A stretch of DNA of 63,999 nucleotides, filler included, from Sphacelaria rigidula (GCA_964200075.2; 5 parts of 5 records of this genome joined end to end with filler, not necessarily neighbours in it), one strand, 5' to 3'. Positions 1 to 12,966 are shown, numbered from the whole stretch's first letter. Numbers and translations: made by a program. Notes: generated from the sequence alone by a model not told the origin.

Positions 1-51
1 GGAGCCCGGCGAGGCCGGGGTGGGGGGGGGGGGGGGGGGGGGGGAGCACTA

Positions 52-640
52 ATGGTCTTGAATGCCTCAGTCACAGGACTTTTGACCTCGTATCTCTGCA
101 AAGCCGGGGACGGGGTACGCCGGGATTTCGCCGGACAAGGCTCGCAATCAGTCATCGAGCGCGAAGCGCCCTGACGTGTGTTCGGCGACTCGCGTGAATG
201 GTGAGCAGTATTTTACAACATTATTTGGCCCGGAGCGTGCTGATTGCATCTTGCGTATGGATGACAGCCTACAACAGGTTACGCCATCGTCAGGTGTCGC
301 CACTTCCGGGAGCATCTACGGCTGACACTGCCTCACACGCTTCTCACCATCCGAATACTACATAGTACAATCACCCCCGTTGCCCGAACGCGAGGTTCTT
401 CAACCCGCAAAATATGATGTAGCTCGACCAACACCATCATGGTTACCGCAAACGAAGGCGAGGAAAAAAAATACGTCAGCCTGGTTGCCTGGGTTACGCA
501 GTGAGTGGCGTGTTACACACCGCCGTTGCCAGCCGACGCCAACCTTACAAGGGGGCGTGGAAGGGGGAAAGCTACCACGCCTTACCGGAGGAAGGGATGG
601 TGGCTCGACGAACGGGTTTCCTCGGCAACGCGACAATTTC
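52..640. repeat. Dispersed repeat family A, copy 1 (in the intron of the acyl-CoA synthetase gene)
   Basis: Co-linear similarity by eye to 2748-3340 (shared blocks ATGGTCTTG, GTTCGGCGACTCGC, TGACACTGCCTC, CCATCATGGTTACCGCAAA, GAGTGGCGTGTT, CCGACGCCAAC). A short piece also recurs at ~25733-25780. Confidence 0.8.
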
Positions 641-879
641 AGTGAAGATATAGTTGTACATGTTCATTTCTTCATTTCTTCATGTACACATATGTATATA
701 TATATACACATTCACCATGATTCGAGTGCAGTTTCGAGGCAAACTATACGGAAGGCCCTTTCGTTCGAAACAATGATCAGGCATCCATTCCATATCAAAT
801 CAGAAACAAAATAGCAAAACAAAAACAAGCTTGCCCTACTTTTGCAGCTCAATATATATATATATCCTGTAAGACGGAG

Positions 880-946
880 ACAGAGACAGGGGCAGGGACA
901 AGAGACAAGACAGCGACAGCGACAGCGACAGCGACAGAGACAGACA
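880..946. repeat. (GACAGC/GACAGA)n microsatellite
   Basis: Seen directly; lies just inside the intron after the donor at 961. Confidence 0.85.
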
Positions 947-961
947 GCTGCAGTGGCTCAC

Positions 962-1207
962 CGAGGATAGATCCTTGAACCGCAAAGCCGGCTGATCCCC
1001 GTGCTCCTCCACAGTGTTCTTGAACCTTTCCATCACAGTCATGGGAGCGTACGCCGACGGACCCGACGTCCCCATCTTGATTGGCAGCTCATCGTGGGGG
1101 TCCGTCGCCCAAACCCTGAATAAGGCCAAGCCACCGTATTCAAAACGAAAGAAGAGATCGCACAGGAGTTCCCCGGACAAAAATTCCATTGAAAGCTGTT
1201 CCGACAT
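962..1207 (-). CDS. ACSBG: First coding exon of a long-chain fatty acid-CoA ligase, bubblegum (ACSBG)-like; downstream exons are not in this contig
   Basis: Translation ...VWATDPHDELPIKMGTSGPSAYAPMTVMERFKNTVEEHGDQPALRFKDLSS resembles the N-terminus of ACSBG-type ligases. ATG at 1207; phase-0 GTGAG donor at 961 (82 codons). Confidence 0.72.
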
Positions 1208-2747
1208 GAAGCTATTGCCTGTGTTTGTCTCGCACCACCATAATACATCGATAGACCTGAAGAATTATTTTGTGTAGTTCGCATGCCGTACTGTTCTTTC
1301 AACAGGCAACTCAAGTACTAGTTGCTATCGATCATTCAAGCTTCATCTACGAACAGAGCCGCACGCTTTGGAAATGTAAAAACAGGCGAAAAGACCTTGG
1401 GTATTTTGTCGGGCAAAAGCACGGGGCAAACAATATGCCCTATTTCGCCTTTTCTCTTCACGTATAAATATGCGAACATGGAAAGTTTCACGATGTGCGT
1501 TTAGGGTCCGGGACAACACGAGGCCTGGCCGTGTCTTCGAATAATATTTTTTGATCGAAGAGGTGCGGCTGGAAAAACAAAAATCCGATCTGGTAGGTAG
1601 TCATTAATGGTGGAGCAACCACCCATCACATCGGGATTCTTCGATTTCCCACCGAACTGTTCGATCGAAAAATAATGCGCTGAAACACACCCTTACTGTT
1701 ACAGACAAAAAAAATCGTTTTGTACAGAAAATCCAAACTTGACGGGGTAAGTTCACGACTTCGCAAAAGCACGCCACCGTTTTGTAGCGGCAGATCAGGG
1801 CTTCAATGATGAGAAATCGATACATGAAAAACGAGCGATAGCCGTGTTTTCTGCACAAACTCAATCACTGCGGAAAATCAGGGGTTCGGGTCATGGAAGT
1901 GTGTTCTGGGAAGAACAAAAGAAAGTCGGCACATTGACCCCTTGGGAATCCATTGCCCATCTATATTTTGTGAATCGACATCATCTTGACTTTGGTTCGC
2001 TCCTTGTAATAGACAACTATAAAAATCTGGAGGAAAGTGTAGGGTACAGTAGGACCTGTAGTTTGGGGCGTAAAACGACGTAAAAGCTCTGAAAAGGCAA
2101 CCGTCACCCCTTGCGCCCATCAGTCTAGCTACACATGCACCCCTATGATATCCCTTAACCCTTTCGGGAACTCCCAAGAAGCAGTACAAACTCCCATATG
2201 CGAGATTTCGCCGCCGGAAAAACGTCACTTTGAGAGGGGTGCACGAATCTCACATTAGTATACTCGACCTTAGAATGGCGTACCGTTTTGGTGGGCTGTA
2301 TCACCAACACTCGGAGGAAAATAACAATATCTTGCCTAGGAAAACGTTGAGTATCCATCATCATTTTTCCATCAACGGTTCCAAAAGGGTTAATTACCCT
2401 CGGTACGTCTCACCTTGTAACAGCCTGCGGCTGAATACATAGCAAAGCGGCGAAAAATGCGACAGAAATAAAGAATCTTGAGAATCCAAGAAGCACCCGT
2501 CACACGGGATGGCCCAAGACATGAAGGCGGTCGTTTACATAAGGGCAGCCTTGAGTTAAACTTCACACACACACACGCCCATATTTTGTTGACCCATCTC
2601 ATGAGGGACCACCACTCACTTTCCAGACATTATGTATGAAGAGGCAGCCGCTTGACTTCGCTTGCTTCAGTGACGGTTACAGAGTCCCTGCTCGACAAGC
2701 AAAAGAAAAAGGATCGGAGGGGAGGGGGGGGGGAAGGGGGTGTACTC

Positions 2748-3340
2748 ATGGTCTTGCATGTCGCAGTGATGGCTTAGTCATGAGATCATTGGCCTCGCAT
2801 CCCTACAAGGCTCGGATGGAGCACACCGGGATTTCCAAGGACTGCGCTCGCAGTCATCAGGTGCGAAGCGCCGTGATGTATGTTCGGCGACTCGCATGGG
2901 GGGTGACTTGCATTTCGTAAAGATTGTTCAGCCCAAAGCGTACTGATTTATGTTTTGTATATGGATGACTGCCTCCAATGAGTTGCGCAATTTTCTGGTA
3001 TCGCCACTCCTATGGACAGTCATGGGTGACACTGCCTCGTGGTGTCTCACCATATAAACACTGCACTGTACGATCAACCCCTTTTGCGCGGAGCTCATAC
3101 TCTTCACACAGAACAACATGATCTACAATAACTCCATCTCCATCATGGTTACCGCAAAATAACGCAAGCGAGAAGAAATACGGTAACCTAATCGCCTAGC
3201 CCATCTGATGAGTGGCGTGTTTTACTACGTCGTTGCCAACCGACGCCAACGCTTAAAATTGGAAGAAGGTAGGGAGTGGGGTGACAGAACATGCACGAAC
3301 CGAACCACGTTATTCGTAACGGAGCAGGGTCGAGATATGG
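2748..3340. repeat. Dispersed repeat family A, copy 2 (upstream of the ACSBG exon)
   Basis: Diverged direct-orientation copy of 52-640. Confidence 0.8.
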
Positions 3341-3424
3341 ATAGTACAGAGTTCGGAAGACGCACTTTTTTATTATTTCAGAGCGCAAATATCTCAAGAT
3401 CAGAGTGTCGTACTACAATCCCTT

Positions 3425-3545
3425 TGGACGCCTCGGCTTCTGCACTGGAGCTCTGACATGAAGCAGCCGCTAGCTTTGTCTTCCTTCTGTGAACCCCCCC
3501 CCTCTGAAAATCGACACTTGAAGGGATGCTCGCTGTTGAGGGCGA
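3425..3545. repeat. Dispersed repeat family B, copy 1
   Basis: GGCTTCTGCACTGGAGC.CTGACATG.AGCAG...AGCTTTGT..CTTCTGTGAAC is shared with 63650-63775. Confidence 0.8.
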
Positions 3546-4194
3546 AATCGCCTTTTGTGCACAGCCGCACAGAACTAAGCAGCAGCGCCTGCCGACACGC
3601 AACCAAACTGCATGTCGTGACAACTTGCGGCGAGAAGAAACAACATGCGCACCGATTTTTTTGAATTTGCGATGTTGGACCTCTGATAGCGCTAGATACT
3701 AATCCTCAACTCAACAGTGCCGATTGCGCAACGCGTAGAACCCGGCGACGAAGCAGAGGATTGGACTGCAGTTTCTAGCGTGCGCTTCCCACACACCCAA
3801 GCTAGGTAAACCTATTTCACTTTTTTGTTCGAGCGTGATACTGAGCCGCAACAAATCCAAACGTACAAAAATGAGGTGTTTTGCGCTCGGGGAGGAGGGT
3901 TTCTCGCTGCTGGTGCGACGCCAGGAAAATGTGAAATAGAATCCACTAGATCTTGTGTGTATGCGGGGGGGTGTGAAGTGCCGTGGCTTCCTGTGTCGAG
4001 AACCACGCGATCTCCCGTGCTAGAGCCGTCCCATAGTAAACCAAGTTTACAAATGATGAAGCGTGCGTTCTGCCCGAGAGGACTTCGGCACAGGTGTGAC
4101 CACCTACTGACGTGTTCATTATTCCTCCGCACTCCTATTTTTTTTTTAGGTTGCCGCTGATTTTTGGTCGTTAGGCCCTCCAATCCCACCCATA

Positions 4195-4345
4195 ACTGTG
4201 CCGTTCTGTACCGTTCTGTACTGTACTACACCCTACTGTACTGCACTGTACGCCTTTTGTACTGTAGCGTACTGTACCGAACTATGCCGTGCTGTAGGGT
4301 AGTCTTTTGTATAGTACTGTTCGAGTGTTGTGTCGTGTTGTGTCG
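4195..4345. repeat. Degenerate (CTGTA)n-like pentanucleotide microsatellite
   Basis: Seen directly. Confidence 0.75.
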
Positions 4346-4559
4346 GCCCCAGAAAGTCTCGCAATGATATTATTCCGAGAAAAGGCCTGGAAAGCTGGGA
4401 GTTGCAACGTGTGGAGCACGATGGAGGTGGTGTGTGACTCGTGCATGTTGACACCGCGGATCGAGCCCGTAACCTCGTGATGCGCAAGCATGAATATTTT
4501 TCATCGTCCCATCCAAGCAGAATCGCCGGCACTCTCTCCCTGCCGAATATTCTGGCACT

Positions 4560-4824
4560 TACTGTACTCAACTTAGTATATTATCTGCGCACGCGTTTTT
4601 TCCCATGTTCTATCGGCACACGACCTTTTTTTTTAACACTCAAAACCTCTCCCCTTCCTCGGGGTGAGTTCGTGGTCTCAAGGGATCAATCCATTTCTGC
4701 CGACGTTCCCACGCTTTCGACCGTGGAAATCATATTTCCGAGAGGAAAAAGGAAGTCGGGCGGGAATCGAACTCACGTTCTCTTCACCCTGACGTTTACA
4801 GTTCAACCATTAGACCATCGGGGC
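4560..4824 (-). mobile_element. tRNA-derived SINE-like element (Pol III head at 4753-4824)
   Basis: The minus strand reads GCCCCGATGGTCTAATGGTT...GTGAGTTCGATTCCCGCCCG: A-box and B-box at tRNA-like spacing, with no intact cloverleaf. The 3' boundary is approximate. Confidence 0.55.
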
Positions 4825-5988
4825 ACTTTTTTCACGCGGAAACACCTCGTGAACCGATCACGACCGAATTAATTTTTCGAAAATCAGAGTCAAATTTTGA
4901 CACCATAGGAATAAGCTGCACTCAGGTCTCTACCCTTCCTCTAGGTTGGCTGATATTCTTGCTGTTTTCTCACTTACTTCAAGATTTTTTCAAATGGGTA
5001 AGAAAATTACAAAAATTAAAACGCGGGTAAAAAAACAAGGAGAGCCAAATCAGTCACGCGGTCGGCCTCAGGCTACTTCTTATGTATAAAAAAAAAAGTT
5101 GTGGAAGAGTGCATGTTTGGCCCTTCTCCGTCGTTCTTCTCCTGAAAAGAGGGCTAGGCAGCCGATTACACCTTCGAATAACTTGCTTTACTCGCCGAGA
5201 CGGCGGTTGCAGAGCACCTTTGCGTTTCCCGGTTTCGTTTCCCCTTTATCTTCTCCTGCACGAAGCACGCACACACGCACTCAATATACCCTTCTTGCAC
5301 GCAGTGCAAACAGTATAGACCATGTACCATTTCACGAATTTCACCGTCTTTTTTCGATCGAAAGCTTGAAAATCCATCCGGACCCAACTGCATCAAAGCG
5401 AGAATTTTTCGCTCAGATCGATTCTACCACCTCATTTTTTCGATCGAAAAGAAGAGTGCTGAGACAGGAAGTGCGGTTCTTGCAAGTGCTCACGTCCTGG
5501 AGAGTTATGTATACCTTCGCCACAAATATTGCCAGGCGTCCTGCGCTTCACCTTGAAATGGCGGATGTATCTGAGACGCACGAGCGCCGCCTTCCAGGCT
5601 GGCCGCAGAATGGCAGCACAGTGTTCAGGTGCACCGCCATCATGTCATGGAGATTACCACAATGGGTCGAGGTTGCAGGCGCTGGCTACATCGAGTACTG
5701 TACACAGATGTGCACGTACTTGCACGTTCCCAGCAAAGAAACGAGAGTACAGTTTGACAACATCAGCAAGCGACCGCCCCACTGACCCATGGTGTTTTGG
5801 CGTTCTCCTACAGGTACAAAAGCACGACAAGTACTGCACGATGGGGCACCGGCTGTACAGGCAACAACAGCAATGGGGGAGACTGTGCTGGCTCGTACCG
5901 GGCTGTGGCACAAGAAGTAATCATTATATCACCCCTCTACAGCAAGAAGCATACGTGCAATACATCAGACATGATGATGAGGGTAAAC

Positions 5989-6203
5989 TTGACCCTCAGA
6001 CCGCGTTGCGGGTAGTCCATGCGGATCATCCACACTTTTTTCGAGTAAATATTGATGCCAATTCAGCAGGTGAGCTGCCCCCGCGGTCAAAGGGTTAACC
6101 CTTAGACCGCGATGCAGGCAGTCTATCTGAATCACACGTACTTTTTCAAGTGAAGATTGATGCCGATTCAGAAGGCGACCTGCCCTCGCGGTTCAAGGGT
6201 CAA
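5989..6203. mobile_element. Tandem pair of ~102-bp piggyBac-type mini-MITEs sharing a TTAA
   Basis: Unit 1 is 5993-6094 and unit 2 is 6099-6199. Each runs CCCTYAGACCGCG...CGCGGTYNAAGGG and they are joined by TTAA (6095-6098). The internal sequences are also alignable. Confidence 0.7.
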
Positions 6204-8319
6204 AGAGATGGGGATTAAATGCGCATGCCCACAGAGCACGCAGATAAATTGTAATGCTTCACTGCTGGTCTTGATCACGAGGGAGGCATTGCACACATAC
6301 CTAACCCGAAACTCGAGATATGCAGCTCAACAAACCGTGGACAACGCAGGTTGCACTTTTTACATGTACATGGATACATGAAAATCGTTCGAGACATGAA
6401 TGTATACGGTGTGCCAAAAATAGAGCGCAACACCCTGCGGCCACCGATTGTTGCTGTTGTCTTTACATTAAAAAACCGTTCTGGTATCTGCGCGGTACAT
6501 TCGTACTGGGCACCTGATGCGGACGCCTTCCGTGGTCACGGGCTAGCTACCTCGATTGAGGGATGAGGAAATCAAACAAAACAAAAACAAAAAAAAAATG
6601 GACTCAGATCAAACCTCACAACCGATAGCTTATCGTTTCCAGGAGGTCTAGGTAAGGGACAATTGACCGCCATCAACGTGATCCGACAGTGCTGCGCTGT
6701 GTGCTCCGCGCTGATCCTCGCTGCAACGTCTGTGTGCTGTACTGTTCTGCTGCGGGCAGTTGGGGAAAAAACGCATCCGTGCTTTTTTCTTTTTTCATCT
6801 AGCCCGTGGCCCAGCGCAGAAAATATGAGCAGCATAGATGCGCCAGGTGGCACATCATGCGCCGTACATACCGCAGTTGTTTGTACTGTACTGGAAGACT
6901 AACGCACTGTAGAGAGTTATCTTTACCGAGACTCATACCCTTAACAGCAGTAGCTGTGACGGCAGCTGCTTCAGCGCTTGCATCTGCACTTGGGCTCACC
7001 GCTCCAGTCACCCGCAATACATCTGTACTGCAGCACTCCAGGGTATTTCTGCTTTGTGCACATCACGGGACCTCGACGTCTCCCAAGTGCTCAAATTCTA
7101 CAACTGCAATTTTTGAAGAAAGCCAGCGTCATTTTCTCACGAAGATCTTAAGCCACCTTCAAAAGAACGTTCAACAGAGGTGTGGCAGTGCGGCGTGCCA
7201 TGGCTGCTACACCGCATACGATTGGTATGCAGTGTGGTGAAGGCGACACCAGTGCAACAGCCAGTATTGCGGTCCAAATAGAGCACATTGCATGCCGCCT
7301 TCTCTGGGCAAGTTTCGGTTATGGCGAAGCACTCTAGAACCTTTTCAATATGAGCAAGTGCTTGCACCTTGTCTATCTCACATCAGACCCAGCTGGATAT
7401 ACGGCTTTGTTGGGCCGGTTGGCAGCAAATCTACGCACATCCAAAAATTGCACTACGTGGTGTGTGCTATTTCTGTTAGTGGGGACGGATCAGCACATGA
7501 CAATGCACTCGACACTTTTTACAACAGAGTGCACAACAGAGAACGTACATTTCCCTGGCTACGAACAGCAAGCGACTTATGTACTACTACACAACGTAGT
7601 GCTGTATCATCCACAGACATGCACGGGGGGCACATGTAAGAGAAGCGGCTTAGCTCACCGTGATTCGGAGTACAGTGGTGTTGTGTTATACACGGCTGTC
7701 CTCGTCCCGCTGGCTGCACACTGCACGATGAAAGGTATGTTCGTCGTTCTGCGCGCAGGTGTACAGATCGGGTCGCCGTCCCCCGCGGTTATCAAAATAC
7801 TAGATCAAATATTAACACGTAAGTTCCCGTTGGTCGTATTTTTATCAAACCACGAGCGTGTTGCCTTGATCTGATTGGATTGAGACACTGTGTATCCCTT
7901 AGTCTCTCGTAAGCTCTCGTTTTAAAGAACGATATCAGCAATATATTCTCTAATTGCACAGTTTTCGATGGTTGCTACGCCCACCGTTTCGTCCGAGAAC
8001 GCTGAGATATGAGGGCCGTTACCATGAGGGGTGTTAAATCCCGTCACATTTCGAAAGTCAGTTGACAACGGCGACAGTAGGTCGCGGATAATAGTGTTTT
8101 GCCTTGGAGAACATGTTGAAAGGATGGACTGGGGAGCACGGGGCGCTTCGAGTTGGAGATACCGCTCCTGGCTTTGAACTTCCCGACTGCAGCTTCAACG
8201 CTAAACGTCCTGTGGGAGCCGCGGAAAAGGTACGAAGTCGTGACAACAGTAGAGTTTGCCGCTTCTATTGACTCTTGAAAAAACTTTCTTGGAAATTCAC
8301 GGATTTGAAATAACAGTAA

Positions 8320-8535
8320 TCGAAATCCTAACCCCAACCCAAGGCATTCCGAGAATCCTTAGGGAAGGGGGCTGGAAAGGGTGTCGAAGGCAAAGGATGC
8401 ATTAGCAAACCTCGAATCAGTGCCTGCGGCGCCGATTGAGACGAAAACGCGTCCAACGCACACTATAATAGGAACCCTTGGGACTGTCAGCCCCGCTAAA
8501 GATCCGAAAATCTTCGTCAACACTAAAATCAACCA
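8320..8535. repeat. Dispersed repeat family C, copy 1 (contains CCTAACCCCAACC telomere-like motif)
   Basis: Similar to the reverse complement of 36895-37075 (CCAAGGCAT.CCGAGAA.CCT, TGGAAAGGGTG, AAGATCCG, CACTAAAA). Confidence 0.65.
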
Positions 8536-10670
8536 AAAATCGTATTCCTCGAAATTTCCAACATTGCTCTCGGACCACGTGGTGGAAATATATTCACCCA
8601 CATTTTGGCGGGCAGTTTTTTTGTAGCCGGTGCCGTGAATATACGCCGATGAAATGTCCGCCGCGCCTCAGTTTGTTATCTCCTACAAGTGAAGCGAAAT
8701 GTTATACATATGGCATCACCTTCGACAGAAGCTAATCAGGTCGTACGGACACGGGGTTCGGTTCCCGCCAGACCTGTTTCATTTGCGGGTTTTCTAACGA
8801 AGTATCTGATTTCCCCTGTTGAAACACCCTGTGAACATGGGTACGGTACAATACTTGTACGAGTAGGAAGGATGGCTTCTTTGGCAGGAGTCAACGCGGT
8901 GCGAGAGTGCTGATCCAATCCGCGAAACAAAATTCAAGGCGTGTACCAGGGGGGGGTCGTGTGACCAGTGACCGCGCGTCATTTTCGAGATGAAGCACCG
9001 TTCTTACTCCTACTTGAGTCAACGCCAACATTGGGCGCGCTCACAAACACGCCAAGGGAGGGATACTCGTAGCTCGATTCTCCGAGACCCCGGCGGAGGG
9101 AAGGGGAAGGTTTGCCAGTGAGATCAGAAGAAAAAAAAACTCACAAGCGCTTCTTCGATCGAAGCAGAGTCTCGAATTCTACGCTACTGTTTGTACTGTT
9201 GTGTCGTACCGTGGTAGACACGGAATATAAAGAATCGCGTGCGGAAGGCAAAAAAGAAACATGTATACGGGTACAACTGTACCGCTGCTTTACGAGTAGA
9301 GACATTATTATTTCCATGAGGAGGACTTCCGGACAACGGGTACGTTCGGCTCTGCCGAGGACCGTGGTTATTTGGCCAGTACAGTTACAGTAGCGTGCTA
9401 CCAAGGTGGCAAAAATGGTCGGTGGCTAAGCGCCGAAAACAATTCCAGGAATCGGCGGCTTGCCGTCGATTTGATTTCGGGGGCCGCCGATTGAGTCGGG
9501 GATTCTGCGCTGTTGATTCGGCGCAGAAATGGGCTTGTGACCCCACTTGACAGCGGGTAAGATGTTGTACAAAGGAGGAGCGGGGAGCCAAGAAGAGGGC
9601 GAGGACGGGATCGCTGAAAAGTGAACAGCGGAGAACTTGTAGGGCACGGCCTTGGATGTGGGCATCTGAGGCTCAGACGGGCTAGTTTGTGCTCAGCTGC
9701 AGAGTTGGGTTGAGGACAACATGTGGCCAACACTGCTACAGTTTTTCTAATTGTTTATTTCGTTTTCGCACGTTTCTTCATGTCATTGTTGTCACATGAT
9801 GGACGAACCCGAGATGAAACATATACGGAAATATACTCGCTGAACTGAAGGACCGCGAAAACAATACAAACTGGTTCAGATTGAATACCTGTGCCCCAAA
9901 TTTATTCCCCGACTGATAACGAACGCAATACAAGCTCAATTTTAATGAAACCGATATCGCAGTGTTTCCCACGAGCAACACAACAGGGTGACATATATTT
10001 TTTCGGAATTAGGGGTTGGGTACGGAGCAGTAGGCGAAGATGTAGTCTCGGGCAATCAGCGGCCTCCAAACTGTCTGGAACTAAAAATACGAATTTTCAA
10101 CCCAATATGCTGCTCAATCTCCACATTTCTTGTATCACAGTAGTAGTTGTTCTCCAGGGAACGTAGTGATTTCTTTATTTTTTTAACGGTTGTCCTGGCA
10201 TGGAGTTATGCCCTGAAACATGATATTTCGGTAAGGACGGCGTCATATTTCCTGTTAATGTAAGGGCTGAAGAACGGAGAGCCGGCGCCAGCGTTTCCCT
10301 TTATATCTCCCCGAGAAAGGGTTCAATCTTTCTTAAACTTGGCAACTGTAGATGTTGACGCAGCGAAATACGAAAAAACAATTGGGAGGTGTTTCGACGG
10401 GTATAGGTGCGTCCTTGACCGGCTTTCGGGGGTCCCCGACTGAGGACCCCCGAAAGCCGGTACGAGAACCTTTTTCGCTACAAATAGAAAGTTCACGCGC
10501 TTCTCTGATCCCCAAGGAACATTCGTACCAAGTTTGATGGCATAACTCAAAAGACTGACGCGGCAGGGTCGTCTGCCGTAACAACAACGTCAAGAAACGT
10601 CCAAAGTATACTTTAATCAAGTAATTAGGGGGGCACGCAGACTTTTGTATACTTCAGCGCACGATTTGGC

Positions 10671-10945
10671 ATTTCCTCACGCCGTTTTTTCGAGTTAGAC
10701 CACGAAAATTTTCACACATGTTCTGGAGGGCACTATCTAAAACTCGAAGACCGGGGTTTTTGAAAAAAAATGTTGGTGGCTTTTTATCCAAGGTCGCGGT
10801 TGACCTACTTAACCGGGGGAGGGGTCAGATCCCGACTATCTCGGCACCACAAAAAAAAAAAACGGTCTTCGAGTTTTAGACAGTGCCCCCAAGAACATGT
10901 GTGCAAATTTTCGTGGTCTAACTCGAAAAAACGGCGTGAGGAAAT
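10671..10945. mobile_element. MITE-like inverted-repeat element (83-bp arms, ~110-bp spacer)
   Basis: 10671-10753 is the reverse complement of 10863-10945 with about 4 mismatches. No clear TSD was seen. Confidence 0.75.
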
Positions 10946-11676
10946 CCCGGGGAATGGGTTTTGGGCGTTCAATCTGAACCAGCTCGTAGCAAAAGGTGAA
11001 ACAGACACAAACAGCAGACAAAAAAAAACAGAAAAAAAAAACACAGAGACTACGTCGGAAAAAAAAAACTTGGAATGGCTGGCCTCTGCAACACTGCTCT
11101 AGGCAGGAAAAGGTCCGTCGGAACAGCATACATGCGCAGCCATACCCAATCGACAAAGAAAAAAAAACGCTGTGGGGACAGATTGCGGCTTATCTATTTT
11201 GGCCACACTGATTCGACTATGAGCTCTCACCGATGAACCTTACGGATGGAAGCAAGGTACCATACAGCAACTTTGCATACACCGGGAGGAAAGAACACAC
11301 AAGGAGTGAGGAGATGGAGGGAGAAAGAGAGGACAGAAAAGGAGGAGCCCACAGAAATGATGGAGCTCAAGGACACCGTACAGTAGAGCAGGTACAAACA
11401 CGCAAGCCAGGGAACACCGCAAGACAATCGACCAAGGACAAGATCGACATCCGGAAGGGAAGACAGGGGTACACCAGTTTCGGTGTTGACCCAGCTTTCC
11501 ACCATTCATCCATCCCTAGTCGGCTGGCTACAAAAGCGTGTCATTCTCTCGGTCGTTTTCTATCCTGGGTTCTTTGCGAGCTGTGGTTGTTGTCGTTGTT
11601 GTTTTAGCGGTGGCAGTTCTCCAATACTGTAGTATTACCTGTACCGAAACTTATTCTCCACGAGCTTTAACGTGAA

Positions 11677-11732
11677 GACGACGACGACGACGACGACGAC
11701 ATCAACAACAACAACAACAACAACAACAACAA
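11677..11732. repeat. Compound (GAC)n(AAC)n trinucleotide microsatellite
   Basis: Seen directly. Confidence 0.9.
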
Positions 11733-12757
11733 AAATGAGCATCACAGCCGGAGTAAAAGGTCGGTGCATCCCGTCAAGCGTCCCCCGCACGAATTATTCC
11801 CGCGTTTACGGACGACGTGGGTCCGCCAAAAACGAAGGTAAAGCAACACGACATGTGGTGTTACCCTCAGAAAAACCGTCGTCCGCACCGCTCCGGAGAA
11901 CACCTCCGGCAGCTTCCTCCGAGGGGCTCGTTGCCGCTGACAGCGAATGCCGGTCCGGTCGGAGGCCTATCTCCCACCCTGCTCGTCACCCGGTGGGGTG
12001 GCATGGGACATGCGATAGGTCTTGTGGATATTAACCGGACACGTCTGACGGGACTATGATACTGGGTCGAAGAGTATTTACAGATTGGGGATGTATTTTT
12101 CAGAGCAATGGCCTAGAAAAGGTGTACCTTCTCGTTTTTTGCCCAAGAAAGGTACGAAAAAATGGCCAGACACGCGAAAACAGCTAAACACGCCATTTTG
12201 ACCGTTTTCGCTCCGAGTTTTTCACGCACATCATTCGGGGGGGGGCTTTGCACCCGGGCCTCGAGAAAAAACGGGAAAAAACATGTTACTCGAGAGATAA
12301 GGCCGCGCGAAAACGGACGTCTCGCCTCCAGAAACCGCTCACCTCTTGTAGGCCAAAGTTCGCCCAGGTATACCTGATTTAGGAGTTCTTTTTCAATCGT
12401 ACCTTATCTGGACCACCGATCGACCGAGAACGTACCTGTGCTAGGCCATCGCTCTCTACACTGTACCTGATGCGGCACATCGCGCGCAAGGGAGTCTACG
12501 CGACAACTCCAACCATGGCGCCCACACCTTCGGCTCTTTTCCCGCTCATTTGCCGTTCACGGACGCCACAACGATCACGCCCCTTTCTCCCCGGAAACGG
12601 TTCCCGAGTCTCTCCGCTATTACTGTTCTGCCCCTATCTCTCTATGCGTGACGACCATGACTGATTCCGTTGCTTGAACCAACCATCGATGATGCGACAA
12701 CCGCCCGTTGGTGGCGGAAGAGCCTAGCTTGACCCTGACACCAGCCCCGAGATCGCA

Positions 12758-12857
12758 NNNNNNNNNNNNNNNNNNNNNNNNNNNNNNNNNNNNNNNNNNN
12801 NTTAATTAATTAANNNNNNNNNNNNNNNNNNNNNNNNNNNNNNNNNNNNNNNNNNNN
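12758..12857. other. Artificial contig linker (44N-TTAATTAATTAA-44N)
   Basis: 100-bp spacer with six-frame stop motif, identical at four places. Confidence 0.97.
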
Positions 12858-12966
12858 ACACCTTGGGCGTGGGGCTGCGGTGCTGGGACGTGTTTTCGAG
12901 GTGTTCAGCAAGCGTGCAGCGCCGCGCCCCAAAGCGAAAAAAGCGTTACCCTTTCCTGTATATTGC

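Noticed and set aside
4753-4824. Possible tRNA gene on the minus strand
   Set aside because: A and B boxes are present, but there is no convincing acceptor or anticodon stem; treated as a SINE head.
5099-7874. Several 140-230 aa ORFs in contig 1
   Set aside because: No recognisable motifs or consistent splice structure; they overlap repeats and each other.
12802-12813. TTAATTAATTAA motif recurring about every 12.85 kb
   Set aside because: Assembly linker embedded in N runs, not biological periodicity.
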